Source: Gammaproteobacteria bacterium (GTDB taxonomy: Bacteria; Pseudomonadota; Gammaproteobacteria; UBA4575). From it: a stretch of 64,000 nucleotides of DNA. This document shows positions 1 through 6,999 of the stretch, piece after piece. Location: assembly GCA_965221955.1 (NCBI GenBank), contig CBDCTA010000004.1, forward strand, positions 64,001-128,000, written 5' to 3'. The notes below the pieces were generated by a model, which did not search any database, was not told where the DNA came from, and saw only the letters and a program-made list of their open reading frames with translations. Numbering within the stretch: position 1 is the first letter of the stretch; every line of letters starts with the position of its first letter. Both the position numbers and the translations under genes were made by a program.

Positions 1-400
1 ATTCGAAAAACTCAGTATCTTCTGGTTGAGATATTTCTTTGAGTTCATCTGCTAATTCAGCATCCCATTTTTTATATTCTGCGGTTCTATTTTTTGAATC
101 AAATACTTCGCTCCAGCTACCATATTGCGCGCGATCAAGCTCTGTCATGGGATAGTCTTCGCGAAACACATCATAGCCAATCCAAAAGAACTTCATATTC
201 GCTTCGCGACATGCTTTTGCAACCTTAATGGTTTTCTCTAATGTGCCACGTTCCCACTGTTTTTCATTACCCTGTGCACCTTCCGATTTATAAAGACTGT
301 TACATTGGCTAATTGAAATAAAAGCTGCTGGTTGAGCTAATATATTAACGAGATCAAGACTCTTCCATTGCTCAGGTAATTCAGGAACTTGTGACGTCAT
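1..400 (-). CDS. Partial CDS (runs off the window start), probable isochorismatase/cysteine hydrolase family
   Basis: Manually translated from ATG at 400 with an upstream GGAG: MTSQVPELPEQW...AAFISISQCNSLY...TIKVAKACREANMKFFW...WDAELADELKEISQPEDTEFFE; the frame is open to position 1. Confidence 0.6.
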   Translation of the reverse strand, partial: MTSQVPELPEQWKSLDLVNILAQPAAFISISQCNSLYKSEGAQGNEKQWERGTLEKTIKVAKACREANMKFFWIGYDVFREDYPMTELDRAQYGSWSEVFDSKNRTAEYKKWDAELADELKEISQPEDTEFFE

Positions 401-535
401 AATTATTCTCCAGGCAAATTAATTCTTTATATAAATGGTATAACAAGCTTATTTCGTTGAATAATTAATATAGTAACTCTTAGAAATTAATTGGATCTAT
501 AGAGCTCAGATATTTAGACAATGGTATATCGATTT

Positions 536-574
536 GTAGCTCAAACCTCGCTATAGAAGCCAGGTTCGTGCTAC
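536..574. repeat. GTAG-ended imperfect hairpin (REP/MITE-like), copy A
   Basis: gtagctcaaacct...aggttcgtgctac; the right arm ccaggttcgtgctacc (560-575) recurs at 1995-2011. Confidence 0.5.
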
Positions 575-594
575 CAAAAATACTCATTCTGAAA

Positions 595-622
595 ATGTCC
601 GCTTTCGGCTAATAGCGGACAT
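595..622 (+). repeat. 28-bp palindromic repeat, copy 1
   Basis: atgtccgct-ttcggctaat-agcggacat, a perfect 9-bp inverted repeat with a 10-nt loop. Confidence 0.8.
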
Positions 623-725
623 ACAGCTCTAAATTATAAAGTAGCCTTGGGAACATAAAATGTAAGCTCATTCCGACTTCAAAAAACCTTCAATTTATTA
701 GCATATTTTAGAAAATCACATTTTC

Positions 726-739
726 CTGATCTAGATCAG
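726..739. promoter_or_regulatory. Perfect palindrome, FNR/CRP-like site
   Basis: CTGAT-CTAG-ATCAG about 85 bp upstream of ORF 823. Confidence 0.3.
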
Positions 740-822
740 AATATCTTCTCATTTGGTTTTGTAGCTTAATTTTCATTTTTAAATGAGGCTACCAGCATAG
801 CAATTATTAGGAGGTTAAATTA

Positions 823-1011
823 ATGGACAATGTAAAAGAATTTGGGATTAAAGATCTTACAGCCGAAATGATCAAAGTGGTCAGAAAAGAAACCCGCGCA
901 GGCACTATTGATTGCAGAGACGCACTAATTGAAAGTCACGGAGATACTATTAAAGCCATAGAAATTTTGAAAGAAAAAGGCATCGAAACTCCAAGAAAAG
1001 TATACGTGTAG
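823..1011 (+). CDS. Small protein consisting of an EF-Ts N-terminal (UBA-like) domain only
   Basis: LTAEMIKVVRKETRAGTIDCRDALIESHGDTIKAIEILKEKG matches the EF-Ts N-terminal pattern ITAxxVKELRExTGAGMMDCKxALxExxGDxxxAIExL; strong RBS AGGAGG. Confidence 0.7.
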   Translation: MDNVKEFGIKDLTAEMIKVVRKETRAGTIDCRDALIESHGDTIKAIEILKEKGIETPRKVYV

Positions 1012-1093
1012 GTGATTCTATCATCGCTTAAACGATGACTAAAGACAGCTAGTTAATTATCACAGTTTTAAAAATATAGTAGAGGAAATTTCA

Positions 1094-1399
1094 ATGACAC
1101 ATAATAGCCCTAACTATAAGCTGCTTCAGAAAATAGCTGATACGGAATCCTATCGCACTGATACGTCAACATTGCTGGCGTATGATGAGGAAAATAAACA
1201 ATATTTGTTTCGAGCTTTAAATTCCAATTACTTTCTTCAGCATGATGACTCTGAAAGTATAGAAGTTATGAGCATGGATGAAGCAGAAAACATGTATGAA
1301 CGCATGCCCATCAAACACATTACAAATATTGTTGCAGCATTTCCTAAATTTCATGGTGGGGTTGGAATGTGTACCCATACCAACCTCTATGATGATTAA
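1094..1399 (+). CDS. Hypothetical protein
   Basis: 101-aa ORF with a GAGG RBS and no recognised motif. Confidence 0.6.
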   Translation: MTHNSPNYKLLQKIADTESYRTDTSTLLAYDEENKQYLFRALNSNYFLQHDDSESIEVMSMDEAENMYERMPIKHITNIVAAFPKFHGGVGMCTHTNLYDD

Positions 1400-1483
1400 G
1401 CTCTTATATATACGCTTTTTTAATTATTTAATATTCCAAGTATCGCTATATACATTTGGAACAAGCAGGTCTCGAGCAAACAG

Positions 1484-1511
1484 ATATCCGCTTTCGGCCA
1501 GTAGCGGTCAT
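1484..1511 (+). repeat. 28-bp palindromic repeat, copy 2
   Basis: atatccgct-ttcggccagt-agcggtcat. Confidence 0.75.
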
Positions 1512-1602
1512 ATAATTATTTTTTAATTTGAAGATTAATAGACAGTATTAATCAAAGAATTTACATTGTGATAGTGTAGTGTTTTGGTATGAAGGAGGGG
1601 TT

Positions 1603-1701
1603 ATGGTTGAAATAATTGAGTGGACTATTTATATCATAATTGTTGGATTAGCTTTGACGATTTGGGCAGTAGTTGCCAAGAATAAAAAAGAAAAGAATTA
1701 G
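1603..1701 (+). CDS. 32-aa single-pass membrane mini-protein
   Basis: AAGGAGGGG RBS immediately upstream; MVEIIEWTIYIIIVGLALTIWAVVAKNKKEKN (hydrophobic helix plus basic tail). Confidence 0.55.
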   Translation: MVEIIEWTIYIIIVGLALTIWAVVAKNKKEKN

Positions 1702-1718
1702 TAAACCATAAATATAAA

Positions 1719-1746
1719 ATTTCCGCTTTGGGTCGTTAGCAGTCGT
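1719..1746 (+). repeat. 28-bp palindromic repeat, copy 3
   Basis: atttccgct-ttgggtcgtt-agcagtcgt. Confidence 0.7.
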
Positions 1747-1789
1747 TTTAGTTTTGTAAGTAAGTGATTCCAACCTAATTCGCCCTAAT

Positions 1790-1817
1790 ATAACTGCTTT
1801 CGGCCAATAGCGGTCAT
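1790..1817 (+). repeat. 28-bp palindromic repeat, copy 4
   Basis: ataactgct-ttcggccaat-agcggtcat. Confidence 0.7.
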
Positions 1818-1939
1818 TTTGGTTTTCAAAAATTTTATAAAATTATCTCGCACCCTTACCTGCTACTGATCTAAAAATGTGTTTTTTGCCTCATCTCCCT
1901 ACATAAATAAGTATCTAAAATCCTATTTATTCAGACCTT

Positions 1940-2011
1940 GGTAGGCACAGGCCTGGATTGAATAGCCAGCTCCAACCTTGCTTATTTTTGTAATCCAGGT
2001 TTCGTGCTACC
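1940..2011. repeat. GTAG-ended inverted-repeat element (REPIN/MITE-like), copy B
   Basis: ggtaggcacaggcctggatt (1940-1959) pairs with aatccaggtttcgtgctacc (1992-2011). Confidence 0.6.
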
Positions 2012-2080
2012 GCTTCTTTTTGAAATTCAGAATTACCGCTATAGTCTCATGTAAACATTTGTATAAAACAAGCTAATGTA

Positions 2081-2094
2081 TTGATAAGTATCAA
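2081..2094. promoter_or_regulatory. FNR-type binding site upstream of soxYZ
   Basis: TTGAT-AAGT-ATCAA is an exact FNR consensus; a TG-n-TAAAAT extended -10-like element follows at 2124-2132. Confidence 0.55.
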
Positions 2095-2223
2095 AAAAAT
2101 ATGAGCAAGAAAAGGAACTTACGTGATAAAATAGCGTCTTATTACATACACTATTTCAATCTTATTTATATAAATATTAGCTAGTTAGCGTAACTAGTTA
2201 ATTGAATAACTGACGAGGGATTC

Positions 2224-2673
2224 ATGAAGATATCCAGAAGAAATTTTTTAGAAAAAAGCTTTTATGTGGGACTGCTACCGGTAATTGGCATCCCTTCTAT
2301 TCTTTCAGCCGAGTGGCCGGCTGCAGCCTTTGATGAGACCGAATATGAGCCTGCATTGAAAGGCTTAATTGGTGATGAAGCACTCAATGAAGGTGGTGTA
2401 AATATAGATGCCCCTGAAATTGCAGAAAATGGTGCAACGGTTCCTGTAAAAGTTTCTACTGATTTAGCTAACGTTGAATGGATTAGCATTTTAGGCGATA
2501 AAAATCCTCGTCCTTGGATTTCACGCTTTTATTTCCATGGAAAATCCAAACCATTTGTATCCACTCGCATTAAGTTACGTGAGTCTTCAAACGTGGTCGC
2601 TATTGTTAAGGCAGATGGAAAACTTCACATTGGCAAATCAGCGGTTAAAGTAACTGCTGGTGGTTGTGTATAA
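2224..2673 (+). CDS. soxY: Sulfur carrier protein SoxY (Tat exported)
   Basis: SRRNFL twin-arginine signal, APEIAENGATVPV, TRIKL, C-terminal VKVTAGGC. Confidence 0.93.
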   Translation: MKISRRNFLEKSFYVGLLPVIGIPSILSAEWPAAAFDETEYEPALKGLIGDEALNEGGVNIDAPEIAENGATVPVKVSTDLANVEWISILGDKNPRPWISRFYFHGKSKPFVSTRIKLRESSNVVAIVKADGKLHIGKSAVKVTAGGCV

Positions 2674-2691
2674 AGATAAAGGGAAAGAACT

Positions 2692-3009
2692 ATGGCTGAT
2701 AAAGAAATGAAAATTCGGGCGAAGCTAAAAGATGGCGTGACGACCGTTAAAGCGATTATGTACCATGAAATGGAGTCTGGTAGCCGAAAAGACAAAGAAA
2801 CAGGTGAATTGATTCCTGCACACTTTATTAAAGAAGTGAAAGCGGAGCTTAATGGTGAAGTGATTATTTCTGCTGAATGGGGTACGGGTGTTTCAAAGAA
2901 CCCTTATTGGTCTTTTGAGTTTGAAGGCGGTAACGCTGGAGACACCGTTAAGATTACTTGGGTGGATAATAAAGGTGAAACCGGTTCTGGAGAAGCAGTT
3001 ATTAAATAA
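2692..3009 (+). CDS. soxZ: SoxZ
   Basis: HEMESGSRKD...IPAHFI...VSKNPY...WVDNKG, directly after soxY. Confidence 0.95.
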   Translation: MADKEMKIRAKLKDGVTTVKAIMYHEMESGSRKDKETGELIPAHFIKEVKAELNGEVIISAEWGTGVSKNPYWSFEFEGGNAGDTVKITWVDNKGETGSGEAVIK

Positions 3010-3082
3010 TCGTTGTTTTACAGATTTATCTGTCTAAGAAAATTATAATTTAGAAATATTCAGCAGTGATTGAATTGATTAA

Positions 3083-3472
3083 TTACTGCTGAATAGAGTC
3101 AAGATAAAGAATAAGTTCTAAGATCCTCCCGCGCACTATTTGCTCATCCACCTGACTACAACCTTCCCAAATCGTATCGGATAAAAACAAATCACCCCAT
3201 GTAGGCATGGCACGTGTACCATGTTCTTGCAACACTTCTCTGCCATCAATAATTGCATAGACTCTTGAAACCGGGAATTGCCCGTTATTTCTTTCTGATA
3301 TTAAAGTTAAATCTGGGGCACTTTTCCCTTTTGCATCTTCACCATGGCAGGACGCACATTTAGCATTAAAGGTTTGTTTTCCAGTAACTACGGGGTCATC
3401 CTGATCTGCGAAGAGATTTGTTGAGAGGGTAATAAAAAAGAAAAATATCAGACTTCGAAGAATTGAGGTCAT
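3083..3472 (-). CDS. Monoheme cytochrome c
   Basis: Signal peptide, CASCH, HGTRAMPTWG distal Met motif. Confidence 0.85.
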   Translation of the reverse strand: MTSILRSLIFFFFITLSTNLFADQDDPVVTGKQTFNAKCASCHGEDAKGKSAPDLTLISERNNGQFPVSRVYAIIDGREVLQEHGTRAMPTWGDLFLSDTIWEGCSQVDEQIVRGRILELILYLDSIQQ

Positions 3473-3514
3473 TTAGAAATACTCTATATTTAAATAATTA
3501 TTTGTATTTTTCGA

Positions 3515-4660
3515 TTAAGCTTCTTGTTTTTTCCAAGGTAGTAGCAATTCTGCTAGACCTGTACCTAACGCGCCAAAAAATCCTTTCTCATCTAACATGT
3601 GGTACTGTATTTTCATTGTTAGTGCGCTACCAAAAATGATCGAAACTAATGTCAGGATAGAGCCTATTGCTAACGTAGACATACCAGTTACACCTTGTCC
3701 TATTGTGCAACCAAATGAGAGCACACCACCAAAGCCCATCATTACCGCTCCGATTAAATGATTCACCATTTCTGACTTATTGCTAAAGGTTTCGATTCTG
3801 AAGTTTCCAGAAAAAATTGCGTATAAGAATGAACCGGTAATCATGCCGAAGACTATTGCAATGCCGAAGTTAATTTCAGCACCTGTAAACGTCATTAAAT
3901 AACTAATGCTATTACCTGTTGGCCCAATGAACGCCATGCCTTGCGGTGTGATGGGGTCAAAGTCATCTTGCCCTACAAAACCTGAAACATACCATGCGGC
4001 GACTACGCATAATCCGATGGCCACACCTGCCAAAACGTTATCAAAGCTTTTACGAAATTCTTCATGCTTAAATGCATAGGCAATAAAACCAAAAGCAACA
4101 ATAAAACCACCTACCTTATTAAGCCAACCGATATCTTCTAAATTTAATAATGAACCGATATAGCTGAATAGTCCTTGATCATTTAGACCCTGATTAGTGA
4201 GGTCTACATTTACTGCATAGATCCAATTCAATCGAAAGTTTGCGAAGATGCCTCGCATGGTCATGTAAGCCGTGATGCCTAAAACAAGCACGACGACAAG
4301 TGCTTTAAGATTGCCACCCCCTACTCTTACAAGATTTCTTTGTCCACAACCTGCTGCTAATGTCATGCCGACACCAAAAATTAGCCCGCCTAATATATAA
4401 CTGAGTACATATAGGTTTGGAGAGCGATATACAGACTCATCGATATCGACCATGCCTTGTATATATAAGAATTGAACACCTAAGATGGCTATACCTATAG
4501 CAAGAAACCACGCGCCGAGTCGTCCCTTGGCGCCCATATTCACGACATCACTTACCGCACCCATTGAACAAAAGTGTGTTTTGTTACCGACGAACCCAAA
4601 TACGATTGCAATTACAAAACCTAATAGGGCTACTAAGTGAAGGTTAGATAATTCTTCCAT
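3515..4660 (-). CDS. YeeE/YedE family sulfur-compound transporter
   Basis: Multi-TM protein with the three conserved Cys motifs HFCSMGA, LAAGCG and FGCTIGQG. Confidence 0.9.
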   Translation of the reverse strand: MEELSNLHLVALLGFVIAIVFGFVGNKTHFCSMGAVSDVVNMGAKGRLGAWFLAIGIAILGVQFLYIQGMVDIDESVYRSPNLYVLSYILGGLIFGVGMTLAAGCGQRNLVRVGGGNLKALVVVLVLGITAYMTMRGIFANFRLNWIYAVNVDLTNQGLNDQGLFSYIGSLLNLEDIGWLNKVGGFIVAFGFIAYAFKHEEFRKSFDNVLAGVAIGLCVVAAWYVSGFVGQDDFDPITPQGMAFIGPTGNSISYLMTFTGAEINFGIAIVFGMITGSFLYAIFSGNFRIETFSNKSEMVNHLIGAVMMGFGGVLSFGCTIGQGVTGMSTLAIGSILTLVSIIFGSALTMKIQYHMLDEKGFFGALGTGLAELLLPWKKQEA

Positions 4661-4778
4661 GGCTATCTACAAATATATGTCTCGTTAGTTCTAAAGGTCG
4701 CGAATTATAGCAATGGTTTTGCTGTTGTACACGATCAATTCGTGAGCTATTAGTGAAATTCACAATGTTTATTAGAGG

Positions 4779-5276
4779 TTAGTTATTGGGCTTTTCTAGT
4801 TCTTGTTGTTGCTTGTACCATTCTTCATATTCATCGGGATGCATGGGTTGTTGTACTGGACGATGGAATTGATTAGGCGCCATCATATGGGGATTCATCC
4901 ATGCTGCTGGATTCATCATGTATGCAGGCATTGCCGCCATTTGCTGCATCATTTGTATCATCTGCATGTAGTTCGCCATATTCATCATCAATTGAAACCA
5001 AATAGCGGGGTTCATAGGGTTTTGCATTGCTGACGTTAGTGCAAATGGATCTTGGGCTGAAAAAGGCTCAATCATCGCAAATTGCTTTGATTCAACCACA
5101 TTTGGTGCATCAAAATCAGAATCAATCGAACGGTTGAATTGAGGGAATGTTGTGTGTGAAGCGGAGTTCAAAACTTCTGAAGTAGACGCTTTATTTTTAT
5201 GGTCAATAATTAAGGGAGCAACAATTAGCGCAATAATTGGGACGATAAAGAGTGCTTGTTGTACTACATTTTTCAT
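4779..5276 (-). CDS. Met-rich protein 5 (N-terminal membrane anchor)
   Basis: Hydrophobic N-terminus, MMNP repeats, degenerate C-terminal motif MHPDEYEEWYKQQ. Confidence 0.75.
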   Translation of the reverse strand: MKNVVQQALFIVPIIALIVAPLIIDHKNKASTSEVLNSASHTTFPQFNRSIDSDFDAPNVVESKQFAMIEPFSAQDPFALTSAMQNPMNPAIWFQLMMNMANYMQMIQMMQQMAAMPAYMMNPAAWMNPHMMAPNQFHRPVQQPMHPDEYEEWYKQQQELEKPNN

Positions 5277-5301
5277 TTAAATAAATTTTCTTAACTGAAT
5301 T

Positions 5302-5811
5302 TTATTTAGTAGAGGCTTGTCCTTGTTGCGTAAAATTTTGCATCATTTCAGTCCACTGGCTAAACCATTGTTCATATTGCTTTGGATCCATCATTTGTGC
5401 GCCAGGCATTTGATTCATAGGGTTTCCACCGTGTGAACCCATTCCAGGCATTCCCATACCCATGCCCATCATCGGATTCATCATTGGGCCCATCATGCCC
5501 ATCATGGGGTACATCATGTTCATACCCATCATAGGGTTCATCATGCCCATCATAGGACTCATCATCATGGTGGGGTTCATCATGCCCATCATGGGATTCA
5601 TCATCATGTTTGGATTCATCATGCCCGTCATTGGGGTCATCATGTGATTCATCATGTTCATATACATTGTTGGATTCATCATACCCATCATTGCATCCAT
5701 ATCTGGCATTGTAGATTGTTTTTTCTCTTCAGCATGCGTGAAAGAGACTCCTAGTACGAATAGGCAACTAGTAAATAAAACCAGTCGGAGTGATTTTTGT
5801 AGAGATTTCAT
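5302..5811 (-). CDS. Met-rich exported protein 4
   Basis: Sec signal ending THA, MMNPMMG repeats (about 53 Met in 169 aa by manual count), C-terminal MMDPKQYEQWFSQW. Confidence 0.8.
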   Translation of the reverse strand: MKSLQKSLRLVLFTSCLFVLGVSFTHAEEKKQSTMPDMDAMMGMMNPTMYMNMMNHMMTPMTGMMNPNMMMNPMMGMMNPTMMMSPMMGMMNPMMGMNMMYPMMGMMGPMMNPMMGMGMGMPGMGSHGGNPMNQMPGAQMMDPKQYEQWFSQWTEMMQNFTQQGQASTK

Positions 5812-5852
5812 GTTTTCAGCCTCTTTATAGAATTAATCAAAGGTAACGTTAT

Positions 5853-6326
5853 TTATTGGTTCACTTGAGGGGTCATGTTTTTCATCATTTCAGTCCATTG
5901 ACTAAACCATTGCTCATATTGCTTTGGATCCATCATTTGGTTCATTGGGTTATAACTGCCATAGCTACCCATTCCACCCATCATCCCCATCGGATTCATC
6001 ATTGGAGTCATCATGCCCATCATGGGTCCCATCATGCTCATGTAGGCCATTGGATTCATCATTTGCATATAGTTTCCTGGATTCATCCAAACACCTGGAT
6101 GCATTAAAGACATATAGTTTCCTGGGTTCATCCACGTCATTGGATTCATCCACATCGCTGGATTGAACATGGGGTGATAAGTCCCCATCCCAGGATAGGT
6201 AGTTTGTCCCCAATTAGGGAAAGCAAACTGATTGTTAGTATTATTCTGGGCTTGTGTGTTAGAGATTCCAATAAAGCACAGGCAGCTTGTAATCAATACT
6301 ATTCGAATTAAATTTCGAAAAAACAT
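5853..6326 (-). CDS. Met-rich exported protein 3 (start moved to ATG 6326)
   Basis: GAGG RBS before 6326, signal peptide ending TQA, WMNP/MMNP repeats, MMDPKQYEQWFSQW. Confidence 0.8.
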   Translation of the reverse strand: MFFRNLIRIVLITSCLCFIGISNTQAQNNTNNQFAFPNWGQTTYPGMGTYHPMFNPAMWMNPMTWMNPGNYMSLMHPGVWMNPGNYMQMMNPMAYMSMMGPMMGMMTPMMNPMGMMGGMGSYGSYNPMNQMMDPKQYEQWFSQWTEMMKNMTPQVNQ

Positions 6327-6363
6327 AGAGAGTTCCTCATAATTTTGGTCTGTAATTAAAAAT

Positions 6364-6963
6364 TTATTTTTTAGAATCCGTGTTACTCCACTGATTGAAC
6401 CATTGTTCATACTGTTTAGGATCCATCATTCCCATTGGGTTCATCATTGGAGCCATCATTGGGTTCATCATGCCCATCATAGGACTCATCATTGCACCGC
6501 TCATATCCATCATTGGGTTCACCATAGGGTTCATCATGCCCATTGCAGGTGCCATCATTGGGTTCATCATGCCCATCGTTGGGCCCATCATTCCCATCAT
6601 TGGATTCACCATGGGTGCCATCATTGGATACATCATGCCCATCATAGGATTCATCATACTCATCATTGGCTTCATAGCATCCATCATGGGACCGAAGTCT
6701 TTTTGATATCTCGCTACGTCTTCATCCGTATGGCATTCAGCGCATGATTCTATTGACATCAATTTATCGGGACTTGTCATCATCATATTCATCATGTTGT
6801 TCATAACCTTAGGGTCCATAGACTTTTGCATGGCTTGACTCATGTCACCCCAAGCAGGAGCTGCTTGCTTTGCTTCTTCTGCCTGTAGTGTTGCAGCGGT
6901 TGCTACAAACAAACAGATCGCTATGACAATTATTTGAGTAATTTTATTTTTCATTAACATCAC
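6364..6963 (-). CDS. Met-rich exported protein 2 with a heme-c motif
   Basis: Signal peptide ending LQA, CAECH, MMNPMM repeats, MMDPKQYEQWFNQW. Confidence 0.8.
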   Translation of the reverse strand: MMLMKNKITQIIVIAICLFVATAATLQAEEAKQAAPAWGDMSQAMQKSMDPKVMNNMMNMMMTSPDKLMSIESCAECHTDEDVARYQKDFGPMMDAMKPMMSMMNPMMGMMYPMMAPMVNPMMGMMGPTMGMMNPMMAPAMGMMNPMVNPMMDMSGAMMSPMMGMMNPMMAPMMNPMGMMDPKQYEQWFNQWSNTDSKK

Positions 6964-6999
6964 TTGTTTATCTCCACTATTACTATTTAAATTTCAAAA

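Noticed and set aside
1278-1526. 82-aa ORF overlapping 1094-1399
   Set aside because: Alternative frame running through repeat copy 2, with no separate RBS evidence.
595-1817. CRISPR array or integron attC interpretation of the 28-bp repeats
   Set aside because: Spacing is highly irregular (43 to about 860 bp), the copies are degenerate, no cas or intI gene is present, and attC core motifs are absent.
6327-6410. Longer N-terminus for ORF 5853-6410
   Set aside because: It overlaps the upstream gene; ATG 6326 has an RBS and yields a clean signal peptide.
5302-6963. 21-bp periodic DNA as a non-coding tandem repeat or CRISPR
   Set aside because: The periodicity is explained by the coding heptad MMNPMMG with variable third positions.
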